39,389 bases of DNA from Escherichia phage vB_EcoP-Ro103C3lw: the sequence record MN067430; one strand, given 5' to 3'. The translations under genes and the position numbers were made by a program. The number at the start of each line of letters is the position of its first letter. The stretch's first letter is position 1. This document shows positions 1 to 7,932 of the stretch, piece after piece. Below the pieces are notes generated by a model. That model made no database searches. It saw only the letters and a program-made list of their open reading frames with translations, and had not been told where the DNA came from.

Positions 1-191
1 TCTCACAGTTCAAGAACCTCAAGTCTCCCCCCATAGGGTCACTCTCAGTCAGACCAAAGGCCCTACCCCTAGACCGAAGGTCTAAACCTAAAGTCTTTGA
101 CCAGAAGTCAGGACCAGAAGTCTACCTCAAGGGCCTATATCTAGTGGTTGGGACCAGAGGTCGGGACTATATGTTGTGTCACTGAGTCTCT
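1..191. repeat. Left direct terminal repeat (DTR), 191 bp
   Basis: Bases 1..191 are identical to 39199..39389 by direct comparison; T7-like genomes carry terminal redundancy of this size (T7 160 bp). Confidence 0.95.
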
Positions 192-537
192 ATCTGTATT
201 AGCCTAGAGTCATCACCTCAGGTCATCACCTACAGTCTCACTACCTACAGTCAATCTATCAGTGATGTGACACCTACAGTCAAAGACCTACGGTCCGGTA
301 GACACTCAGATTGACCTATCGTTTATCAGAGACCTTAGGTCTAGTCTCACAGGTTATCGTTATAGTCTCTGTTTAGCAGTCAGGGAGACTATCAGTCTGA
401 CTAGGGTTATTGTTGGTGTCTACCAACTGGACTCTTATTATCCATAGTCAGGACTTAAAGTCCATCATCTGTAGTCGTTATTGGTCTACCTTATAGAGTC
501 ACTGGACTACTGTATAAATTAACATGATAAATAGTTG

Positions 538-566
538 TTGACGTTTAGTCTGACCTATGAGACTAT
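538..566 (+). promoter_or_regulatory. Host sigma70-type early promoter, T7 A1-like
   Basis: TTGACG (538..543), 17-nt spacer, GACTAT (561..566); spacer tttagtctgacctatga closely resembles the T7 A1 promoter spacer as recalled. Confidence 0.55.
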
Positions 567-678
567 AGCTTCCGTCAACACGACACGGCAACAACCGGAT
601 AGTGAAGACGCCGGGTCATCCCGGTTAAGTAGACAGCCTGATAAGTCATACGAACAACAGGCAGATGACAGAAAGTAG

Positions 679-708
679 TTGACAAGATGTACCGACTTAA
701 AGTAGTAT
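679..708 (+). promoter_or_regulatory. Host sigma70-type early promoter, T7 A2/A3-like
   Basis: TTGACA (679..684), 18-nt spacer, TAGTAT (703..708). Confidence 0.5.
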
Positions 709-1165
709 GGACCACATCGAAGCAACGGTGACGACCGACACTAAATGGTCTACCTGAAGTCCACTGACTGAAAGGAATGCTCTTTAATAATATGACCGTG
801 TATTGATAGGCTTACTAACAACATAGGGTAACTATCATGGATTACAATCAGTTGAATTGGGAATGGTTGGCATACGAGGCCGCCTATGAAGATATGCTGA
901 ATGCGAGTGCATATGTTTGCAGTGATTGCGATGCAATAAGTATTCATGAGGCGATAACAGACCATTTAGCATTTTACAGGAAGTTTGTAGCGTGAGATAG
1001 CTGGCACTAGCCAGCCTATCACTACACGGTCATGCTCTTTAACAATCTGGATAAACTCTTAATGTGCGCCGATAGCGACTAACTACAGGGTCTTTGAGTC
1101 TACATCTGAAGGCCCTGACTGATAGTCACTAACATACACACAAACAACTTTGAGAGGATATAACT

Positions 1166-1498
1166 ATGGAACGTAACGCTAACGCATACTATGAGCTGCT
1201 GGCTGCAACCGTTGAAGCATTTAACGAGCGTATTCAGTACGACGAAATAGCTGAAGGCGATGATTATCACGATGCGCTGCATGAGGTCGTAGACGGTCAG
1301 GTTCCGCACTATTACCACGAGATTTTCACGGTGATGGCTGCTGATGGTATAGACCACGAGTTCGAAGACTATGGGCTAATGCCTGATACCAAGGATGTGA
1401 CGCGTATATTGCAAGCTCGCATCTATGAGGCGCTTTATAACGATGTGCTTAATAACTCGGATGTGGTCTGGTTTGAGGCTGAAGAGGACTGCGAGTGA
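1166..1498 (+). CDS. ocr: Ocr-like DNA mimic, anti-restriction protein (T7 gp0.3 homolog)
   Basis: 110 aa, very acidic; motifs [52 protein letters not shown] match T7 Ocr as recalled; SD gagagg upstream of ATG. Confidence 0.9.
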   Translation: MERNANAYYELLAATVEAFNERIQYDEIAEGDDYHDALHEVVDGQVPHYYHEIFTVMAADGIDHEFEDYGLMPDTKDVTRILQARIYEALYNDVLNNSDVVWFEAEEDCE

Positions 1499-1653
1499 TG
1501 GTAACTTATGGTCTCTGCCAGAACCATGTAGCCAACGCCCGGATTATGGTCAAGACCGGGCAGTTAAACCACGATGCGACTATGCGTCACCTGAAGGCGG
1601 TCTATGAGGGACGCAAGCGTATTCACGACAGCTTACACGATGAGGGCAAGTAA
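1498..1653 (+). CDS. Small early protein, 51 aa, possible gp0.4-like
   Basis: ATG overlaps the ocr stop (TGATG); same length as T7 gp0.4 with weak pattern similarity (YGL...LK..YE); not in the ORF track because it is under 60 aa. Confidence 0.45.
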   Translation: MVTYGLCQNHVANARIMVKTGQLNHDATMRHLKAVYEGRKRIHDSLHDEGK

Positions 1654-1655
1654 AC

Positions 1656-1781
1656 ATGTACCAGATAACGTATAGCAGTGAACAGGCGTTCTACGATGGG
1701 TGCTACGAGATGATGAGGCGCGGGGCTTGCTACGTGGCTAATCACCAGAGCCTGACCATAACGCTGACGGGTGGTTACTGA
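1656..1781 (+). CDS. Hypothetical small early protein, 41 aa
   Basis: ATG 3 nt after the previous stop; open frame to TGA at 1779..1781; tight packing typical of T7 early genes. Confidence 0.35.
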   Translation: MYQITYSSEQAFYDGCYEMMRRGACYVANHQSLTITLTGGY

Positions 1782-1851
1782 GTGATAGACGAGAGGTCAT
1801 CGACTGATAGGTGGCCTCAAAGATTGCCACTTACATTGATAGGAGTTAACT

Positions 1852-1941
1852 ATGAACATCGGTTACTGGGTATGCTTATCTCCGGTCATCTTTCTGATAG
1901 CTTGGGGACTTCTGGACGCAATCAAGCGAGGGTCATTCTAA
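1852..1941 (+). CDS. Hypothetical small hydrophobic peptide, 29 aa
   Basis: SD AGGAG 7 nt upstream of ATG 1852; translation MNIGYWVCLSPVIFLIAWGLLDAIKRGSF. Confidence 0.4.
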   Translation: MNIGYWVCLSPVIFLIAWGLLDAIKRGSF

Positions 1942-2138
1942 TGAGCTGGGTACTTATGGGTATCTTCGGCTATGGACTTATCGTCTACGTACTGGTGAGT
2001 GACATCAACAAGGCGCGTAAAGTCTACAAATTCAACTATGTACGTATGGGTCGCTGGACTGTACGTCAACCTAACGGGCGATTCATGCGCAACTTAGCAA
2101 ACGTCTGGGATATAGCAACACTTGGGAGCAAACTGTAA
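1941..2138 (+). CDS. Hypothetical small membrane protein, 65 aa
   Basis: ATG overlaps the preceding stop (TAATG); hydrophobic stretch WVLMGIFGYGLIVYVLV; the supplied ORF 1782..2138 extends it upstream from a GTG that lacks an SD. Confidence 0.45.
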   Translation: MSWVLMGIFGYGLIVYVLVSDINKARKVYKFNYVRMGRWTVRQPNGRFMRNLANVWDIATLGSKL

Positions 2139-2464
2139 TGAACAAGTCATACGGGATTAATCTGGTACACTCTATGGACGCAGACATGCAAATGTTAAGC
2201 CTACTGGCTACCGGGTATCGTCACGGAACGTCAAGTCACTCCGCACGTCAACAGCAGGAGAGGGACCGGGTACTGCAAGCAAGACTCCGGGCTGAGGGCC
2301 ATAAGTCCGAGCTGATGTGTCTGGCGTATGGTGGACGACCAATCACCGATGATGGTAAACTTCTGGTCTCAGGCTGGAAGGCGATAGACCAACGGTCAAC
2401 CATCAAGCACACGACTCATGGTGACTTCAGTCATCTCCACGCTAACCCGCTGATATGCAAGTAG
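2138..2464 (+). CDS. Hypothetical early protein, 108 aa
   Basis: ATG overlaps the upstream stop (TAATG); sits where T7 has gene 0.7 but is far shorter and has no recognisable kinase motifs. Confidence 0.5.
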   Translation: MNKSYGINLVHSMDADMQMLSLLATGYRHGTSSHSARQQQERDRVLQARLRAEGHKSELMCLAYGGRPITDDGKLLVSGWKAIDQRSTIKHTTHGDFSHLHANPLICK

Positions 2465-2469
2465 TAATT

Positions 2470-2492
2470 ATTAAACCCTCACTATAGGACTC
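2470..2492 (+). promoter_or_regulatory. Phage RNAP promoter, immediately upstream of the RNAP gene
   Basis: attaaaccctcactataggac; +1 G at 2487. Confidence 0.75.
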
Positions 2493-2560
2493 AAGGTCTA
2501 AGACTTCAGTTAAAGACCAAAGAGACTTAAGTGAAAGACTAACAAACAAGGACTTTAAGT

Positions 2561-5227
2561 ATGAGCGTCATTCAGCTTGAGAAGCATGACTTCTCGGACA
2601 TCTCCAACGCTATCGAGCCGTTTAACATTCTGGCTGACCACTACGGGCAGGACCTCGCAGTCAAACAGCTTCAGCTTGAGCATGAGGCATACACTGAAGG
2701 CGAGCGTCGTTTCATCAAGAATCTTGAGCGTCAGGCTGAGCGCGGGGGGCTGGCTGATAATCAGGTCGCAAGACCATTGATGCAAACTCTGGTCCCTAAA
2801 CTGGCGCAAGCCGTCAAGGAGTGGCACGAGACCCAAGGGTCAACCCGTGGGAAACCTCAGGTCGCCTTCCTGAAGCTGAGCACCGAGTCGAAACCTCGTG
2901 CGCTACTGGTCCAACCCGAGTCGGTGGCGGTCATCGTCCTGAAGATTGCGCTCAGTAAGCTGGTCAAGCCTGAAGGCGTACCGATAACGCCGATGGCCTC
3001 CGCGATTGGTCGCACACTGGAGGATGAAATCCGTTTCGGTCGCATCCGTGACCAAGAGCAAGAGCACTTCAAGAAGACCATCGCCGAGAACCTGAAGAAA
3101 CGCGCTGGCGTGGCCTACAAGAAAGCCTACATGCAAGCGGTCGAAGCCTCCATGCTGGACCAGAAGCAACTGGATGATGCGTGGGGGACTTGGAGTCCTG
3201 ACGAGGCGGTCCACGTAGGAATAAAGATGCTGGAGCTGCTGATTCAATCCACACAACTGGTAGAGCTGAAGCGACACAACGCTGGGAACGTAGCGTCAGA
3301 CGTCGAGATGGTCCACCTGTCAGACTTCTGGGCCAAGAAGATGGCTCAGCGAGGCTACAGCCTTGCGGGTATCGCTCCGGTCTACCAGCCGTGCGTCGTG
3401 CCTCCACGCCCTTGGAACTCAGTGGTCGGTGGTGGGTACTGGGCTAAAGGTCGCAGACCTCTCCCGCTGATGCGCTTAGGGTCGAAGGCTGCTATCGCTC
3501 GCTACGAGGAAGTTTACATGCCTGAAGTCTACGAGGCGGTGAACATCATTCAGCAGACACCGTGGAAGGTGAATAAGAAGGTGCTGGACGTAGTGAACAT
3601 GGTCGAGAAGCTGAACAATACGCCTATCGCAGACATCCCGCAGATGGACCCGATGAAGCCTGAGGAGTACGCAGGTGAGACCGAGGAAGAACTTAAAGCG
3701 TGGAAGAAAGCTGCTGCTGGAATCTATCGCCGCGAGAAGGCCCGACAGTCCCGCCGCTTGTCCCTGAGCTTCATCGTCGGACAGGCGAACAAGTTCTCTC
3801 AGTTCAAGGCCATCTGGTTCCCGTACAACATGGATTGGCGCGGTCGAGTCTACGCGGTCCCGATGTTCAACCCGCAAGGCAACGACATGCAGAAGGGTCT
3901 GCTGACTCTGTCAGTCGGCAAGCCAATCGGTGCGGACGGCTTCAAGTGGCTGAAGGTTCACGGTGCAAACTGCGCGGGTGTCGATAAAGTCACCTTCGAG
4001 GAGCGCATCAAGTGGGTCGAAGACAACCACGACAACATCCTCGCGGCTGCTAAGAGTCCGATGGATAGCATCGACTGGTGGGGCAAGTTAGACTCTCCGT
4101 TCTGCTTCCTCGCGTTCTGCTTCGAGTATGCCGGGGTCATGCACCACGGGCTGAGCTACTCCTGCTCACTGCCTATAGCGTTCGATGGGTCCTGCTCTGG
4201 GATTCAACACTTCAGCGCGATGCTCCGTGACCACGTTGGTGGACATGCGGTCAACCTAACGCCAAGCGGGAAGGTCCAAGACATCTACCGCATTGTGTCC
4301 GACCGGGTGGAAGAACAGCTTAAGGAACTACTGGTAAACGGTAGCGACAACGAAGTCAAGACCTTCGAGGACAAGAAGACAGGCGAAATTACTGAACGTC
4401 TGGTCCTTGGAACTCGTGAGCTGGCCCGTCAGTGGCTGACCTACGGGATGTCACGCACGGTCACTAAACGCTCGGTCATGACTCTGGCCTACGGGTCGAA
4501 GGAATACGGGTTCGCAGACCAAGTGTTTGAGGATACCGTGATGCCAGCGATTGACAACGGCAAGGGCGCGATGTTCACGGACCCAAGCCAAGCGTCCCGC
4601 TTCATGGCTAAGATGATTTGGGATGCAGTGAGCGTGACCGTAGTTGCTGCGGTAGACGCGATGAAGTGGCTCCAAGGCGCTGCTAAACTGCTGGCTGCTG
4701 AGGTCAAGGACAAGAAGACCAAAGAGGTCCTGAAGCCTTGCCTCCCGGTTCACTGGGTCACGCCTGATGGCTTCCCGGTCTGGCAGGAGTATCGCAAGAA
4801 GGACACCACACGTCTTGACCTGATGTTCCTCGGGACTTTCCGTCTCCAGCCGACAGTCAACAAGGGGTCGAGCAAGGAGCTGGACAAGCACAAGCAGGAG
4901 TCAGGCATCAGCCCGAACTTTGTACACTCACAAGACGGCAGTCACCTGAGGAAGACTGTGGTCCACACCCACCGCAAGTATGGCGTGATGTCCTTCGCAG
5001 TGATTCACGATAGCTTCGGGACCATCCCGGCTGACGCTGAGTTCCTGTTCAAAGGTGTCCGTGAGACGATGGTCGAGACCTACCGCGACAACGATGTGCT
5101 GCAAGACTTCTACGAGCAGTTCGCGGACCAGCTTCACGAGAGCCAGCGCGACAAGTTGCCTGAGCTTCCAAAGCGCGGTAAACTGAACATCGAAGACATT
5201 CTGTTATCTGACTTTGCATTCGCCTGA
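2561..5227 (+). CDS. gp1: Single-subunit DNA-directed RNA polymerase (T7 gp1 homolog)
   Basis: 888 aa; long conserved blocks versus T7 RNAP, e.g. WFPYNMDWRGRVYAVPMFNPQGNDM, HGANCAGVDKV, PIAFDGSCSGIQHFSAML, KRSVMTLAYGSKE, NFVHSQDGSHLRKTVV, ends SDFAFA. Confidence 0.97.
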   Translation: MSVIQLEKHDFSDISNAIEPFNILADHYGQDLAVKQLQLEHEAYTEGERRFIKNLERQAERGGLADNQVARPLMQTLVPKLAQAVKEWHETQGSTRGKPQVAFLKLSTESKPRALLVQPESVAVIVLKIALSKLVKPEGVPITPMASAIGRTLEDEIRFGRIRDQEQEHFKKTIAENLKKRAGVAYKKAYMQAVEASMLDQKQLDDAWGTWSPDEAVHVGIKMLELLIQSTQLVELKRHNAGNVASDVEMVHLSDFWAKKMAQRGYSLAGIAPVYQPCVVPPRPWNSVVGGGYWAKGRRPLPLMRLGSKAAIARYEEVYMPEVYEAVNIIQQTPWKVNKKVLDVVNMVEKLNNTPIADIPQMDPMKPEEYAGETEEELKAWKKAAAGIYRREKARQSRRLSLSFIVGQANKFSQFKAIWFPYNMDWRGRVYAVPMFNPQGNDMQKGLLTLSVGKPIGADGFKWLKVHGANCAGVDKVTFEERIKWVEDNHDNILAAAKSPMDSIDWWGKLDSPFCFLAFCFEYAGVMHHGLSYSCSLPIAFDGSCSGIQHFSAMLRDHVGGHAVNLTPSGKVQDIYRIVSDRVEEQLKELLVNGSDNEVKTFEDKKTGEITERLVLGTRELARQWLTYGMSRTVTKRSVMTLAYGSKEYGFADQVFEDTVMPAIDNGKGAMFTDPSQASRFMAKMIWDAVSVTVVAAVDAMKWLQGAAKLLAAEVKDKKTKEVLKPCLPVHWVTPDGFPVWQEYRKKDTTRLDLMFLGTFRLQPTVNKGSSKELDKHKQESGISPNFVHSQDGSHLRKTVVHTHRKYGVMSFAVIHDSFGTIPADAEFLFKGVRETMVETYRDNDVLQDFYEQFADQLHESQRDKLPELPKRGKLNIEDILLSDFAFA

Positions 5228-5240
5228 GGAGGCACTAACT

Positions 5241-5441
5241 ATGAAATTCGCACACAAGCAAACTGGCGTTAAAGGCGGTACTCAAATCGTGACTGTGACC
5301 GAGCACAACGGAAAGGGTCTGGCGAAGACCACGATTATCCCGACCGAGATGTCCAAGCAACTTAACGTCCCGTTCAAATGGCTGGTGCAGAAGGTCGAAC
5401 AGGCCCACGAACAGGCCCTAACCGAGGCAGCAACGAAATGA
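5241..5441 (+). CDS. Hypothetical protein, 66 aa
   Basis: SD aggagg 5 nt upstream of ATG 5241; no homolog recognised. Confidence 0.5.
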   Translation: MKFAHKQTGVKGGTQIVTVTEHNGKGLAKTTIIPTEMSKQLNVPFKWLVQKVEQAHEQALTEAATK

Positions 5442-5520
5442 CAGACCTTAAGTGGCTGGCCTTATGGCTAGCCTTCTTAGCAGTGTACATTTTAATCCAA
5501 CGCAGAAGAGGCTAATCACC

Positions 5521-5976
5521 ATGTTCAACCGTAAACTGAAAGCACGTATCGCATCTCTTGAAGCAACCGTCCAGCGTCAGGACCGCAACCTTGAGCTGGC
5601 TAACCGGGAGCACTCACGACTGAGGGCCAAGATTCAGAAGGCTGAAGAGAAACGTGAAGTCGACCCATTCCGTGTGAAGCGCATGGTCGGCCTGAAGTTC
5701 AAGGCGCTGTTCAATGGTCTATACCAGCCTACTGAGTTCAAGACCGGACCGGGGCCGTGTGGCAAGACAGTTACGCACTTCACCACGAGTCGGACCGAGC
5801 GTGAGCTGACCATCCACCAGCACCACACGGATGGCTCTCAGAAGGACTTCGAGTATCGACTGAGTGACATCGACGGTCGCATCCAGTACGACTACGAGAC
5901 CGTGCTAGTCTACGGAGAAGAGGCAGAACGGGAGCGAGCACACTACGTCTTCCTGAGACGTCAACGGTTCGCTTAA
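5521..5976 (+). CDS. Hypothetical protein, about 151 aa, with predicted coiled-coil N-terminus
   Basis: Open frame 5452..5976; ATG 5521 chosen as the most likely start (MFNRKLKARIASLEATVQRQDRNLELANREHSRLRAKIQKAEEKR); no homolog recognised. Confidence 0.5.
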   Translation: MFNRKLKARIASLEATVQRQDRNLELANREHSRLRAKIQKAEEKREVDPFRVKRMVGLKFKALFNGLYQPTEFKTGPGPCGKTVTHFTTSRTERELTIHQHHTDGSQKDFEYRLSDIDGRIQYDYETVLVYGEEAERERAHYVFLRRQRFA

Positions 5977-5994
5977 ACCCTCACTATAGGATTA
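5972..5994 (+). promoter_or_regulatory. Phage RNAP promoter (gene 1.1 position)
   Basis: gcttaaaccctcactataggatt; +1 G at 5989. Confidence 0.8.
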
Positions 5995-6062
5995 GACTAA
6001 AGGTCGCTGACTTCCAGTGGCCTTCATGATTAACCCTAAACTCAATCACTGGAGATTTAACC

Positions 6063-6242
6063 ATGTATCAGAACACCATCAACTTCGAGCGCATCCGTGA
6101 ACGTCAGCAGACTGAAGGATACATGCCTAAGGGCCGCAAGCTGAACAAGACCAAACGTGGCGGTGGCGTCAAGGGTGCTTTCCGCAACGCTGAAGGTAAA
6201 GACTCTCTGGTCAACCAAGAGAAGTATTTCGTAGGAGCATAA
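6063..6242 (+). CDS. gp1.1: gp1.1-like small basic protein, 59 aa
   Basis: KGRKLNKTKRGGG motif resembles T7 gp1.1 (KGRKLNKTKRD); not in the ORF track because it is under 60 aa. Confidence 0.7.
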   Translation: MYQNTINFERIRERQQTEGYMPKGRKLNKTKRGGGVKGAFRNAEGKDSLVNQEKYFVGA

Positions 6243-6246
6243 CGCT

Positions 6247-6510
6247 ATGGGCCGACTTTACAGTGGCAACCTCAACGCTTTCAAAGCAGCGTGTAACAGG
6301 CTCTATCAGCTAGACTTCGCTGTCATTTCTCAGGAGTTTCAAGACCTTGCGTCACGCCAAGAGTGCATGAGACTCAGGGTCGAGGACCGGGCTGGTAACA
6401 TATTCGCTCTTGAGTCCTTCGCACACTACGACGAAGACGTACTGTACAATACTGCAACCGACTTCCTTAATGGTCTCGCTGACCAACTCGACACATGGAG
6501 CAAATCATAA
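6247..6510 (+). CDS. gp1.2: gp1.2-like inhibitor of host dGTPase
   Basis: 87 aa; MGRLYSGNLNAFKAA...RLRVEDRAGN...HYDEDVLYN matches T7 gp1.2 as recalled. Confidence 0.85.
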   Translation: MGRLYSGNLNAFKAACNRLYQLDFAVISQEFQDLASRQECMRLRVEDRAGNIFALESFAHYDEDVLYNTATDFLNGLADQLDTWSKS

Positions 6511-7571
6511 TGACAACGACTATCAAAACTAACCCACATCGAGCTGTAGATTACTCTGAGTCAGGCGTTACGAAAGCACTGGCAGCAGCCGGGTCGCTGG
6601 AAGCTGAAGTGAAGTATGATGGTGTGCGGCTGAACCTCCCGGTATTCCCTACGGGTGAGACCCAATGGTTGAGCCGTGAGTCTAAACCTCTTCCGGCCCT
6701 GAGCTGGCTATCAGTCCTGACCAACATCGACAACATCGTGGAAGACCAACAGAGGGCCAGCGACTGGCGGTGGTTCCTGAAGCAAGCTGGCTACGAAGGA
6801 ACTGGCCTGATGATTGATGGTGAGGTCATGGTCAAGGGTGTAGACTTCAATACGTCTTCAGGTCTCATCCGAACGAAGTGGTTGAAGCCAAGCAACGAGG
6901 ATTTTGCTGAGTGCTATCCCGGCAGAGGAACTAAAGTCCCATTCTGGCTGGCAACACGGAACATCAAGGTAGTCGTCTATGGTATCGTGGACCTTAACGT
7001 CATCCTCGACCCGAAAGCCGAAGGTCCTATCCATAGCGTCACACGCCTGAAGGCCGAGGCTATCGTCCCTCTCCTCCAGAAATACTTCCCGGAAATCGAC
7101 TGGGTTCTGTCTGAGTCACACACGGTCTATGACCTTGAGTCGCTCAACTCCCTGTACGAACAGAAGCGTCTGGAAGAACACGAGGGTCTGGTAGTCAAGG
7201 ACCCACTGGGTAAATACAAGCGTGGCAAGAAGTCAGGCATGTGGAAGATGAAGCCTGAGGAGACCATCGACGGGACCGTGTGTGGCCTCGTGTGGGGGAC
7301 TCCGGGTAAGGCCAACGAAGGTAAGGTGATTGGCTTTGAGGTTCTGCTTGAGGATGGCATGGTGGTTAACGCCTGTGGTCTGACTGAAGAACAGAAGGAC
7401 GAGTTCACGGAAGCCTGTAACACTGATACATATATTCTCGGTGGAATCAATCCATACGAAGGCTGGCAGTGTGAAGTCCTCTTCATGGAGCGGTTCCCAG
7501 ATGGTTCCCTCCGTCACCCTAGCTTCAAGTGTTGGCGAGGTACGGAAGACAATCCAACCGTTAAGAGTTAA
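6510..7571 (+). CDS. gp1.3: ATP-dependent DNA ligase (T7 gp1.3 homolog)
   Basis: MTTTIKTNPHRAV...EVKYDGVR (adenylation lysine motif KxDG)...MIDGEVMVKGVDFNTSSGLIRTKW...EGLVVKDPLGKYKRGKKSGMWKMKPE...SLRHPSF...RGTEDNP; ATG 6510 overlaps the gp1.2 stop. Confidence 0.92.
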   Translation: MTTTIKTNPHRAVDYSESGVTKALAAAGSLEAEVKYDGVRLNLPVFPTGETQWLSRESKPLPALSWLSVLTNIDNIVEDQQRASDWRWFLKQAGYEGTGLMIDGEVMVKGVDFNTSSGLIRTKWLKPSNEDFAECYPGRGTKVPFWLATRNIKVVVYGIVDLNVILDPKAEGPIHSVTRLKAEAIVPLLQKYFPEIDWVLSESHTVYDLESLNSLYEQKRLEEHEGLVVKDPLGKYKRGKKSGMWKMKPEETIDGTVCGLVWGTPGKANEGKVIGFEVLLEDGMVVNACGLTEEQKDEFTEACNTDTYILGGINPYEGWQCEVLFMERFPDGSLRHPSFKCWRGTEDNPTVKS

Positions 7572-7581
7572 CTAAACGTCA

Positions 7582-7617
7582 ACCCAGTGGTCTTCGCGGA
7601 CTGCTGGGTTTCTTTGC
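7582..7617 (+). terminator. Intrinsic terminator after the ligase gene (T7 TE position)
   Basis: Hairpin acccag...ctgggt followed by tttctttg. Confidence 0.55.
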
Positions 7618-7628
7618 GTCTGGGCCTC

Positions 7629-7651
7629 TTTAAACCCTCACTATAGGACAA
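7629..7651 (+). promoter_or_regulatory. Phage RNAP promoter
   Basis: tttaaaccctcactataggaca; +1 G at 7646. Confidence 0.8.
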
Positions 7652-7677
7652 CCCTAACCGACCAAAGGAGAAACCTT

Positions 7678-7932
7678 ATGTCTAAGAACTTAATGTTCAA
7701 CCGTTTCAGTCAGACCTTCCACCTGTCCAACAATCCGTTTGCTTGCATTAAGCGTAACGAGAAGGTGGGCTTCTTCGGGAAGGCCGTTAAGCTGGCACCT
7801 ACAGTCTACGCTCTGATTGTTCCGAGCAAAGTAGAAGAGGCTCGCCAGAAGAAAGAGACCAGCGTACCAGTGGTCTACACCAAGTGGCCTCGCGTTCGTC
7901 TGGCGCTGGAGTTCATCAAGGAGGAGTTCTAA
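7678..7932 (+). CDS. Hypothetical protein, 84 aa (gene 1.5/1.6 position)
   Basis: SD aaggag before ATG 7678; position-based assignment only. Confidence 0.55.
   Translation: MSKNLMFNRFSQTFHLSNNPFACIKRNEKVGFFGKAVKLAPTVYALIVPSKVEEARQKKETSVPVVYTKWPRVRLALEFIKEEF

Noticed and set aside
192-1165. Possible third host promoter around 803..831 (TTGATA ...) and a TATAAAT box at 513..519
   Set aside because: No convincing -35/-10 pair at proper spacing; only the two A1/A2-like promoters at 538..566 and 679..708 are supported.
1425-1607. 60-aa ORF overlapping ocr in another frame, and similar out-of-frame overlapping ORFs (2577..2780, 3700..3987, 11405..11605, 13736..14014, 24513..24863, 26610..26801 and others)
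   Set aside because: They are embedded in alternative frames of conserved genes without their own RBS; they are likely frame artefacts.
1782-2138. 118-aa ORF as given in the ORF track, starting at GTG 1782
   Set aside because: The upstream GTG has no SD and the frame overlaps a separately initiated 29-aa ORF with a strong SD; I prefer the ATG at 1941, which overlaps the preceding stop, though the longer form cannot be excluded.
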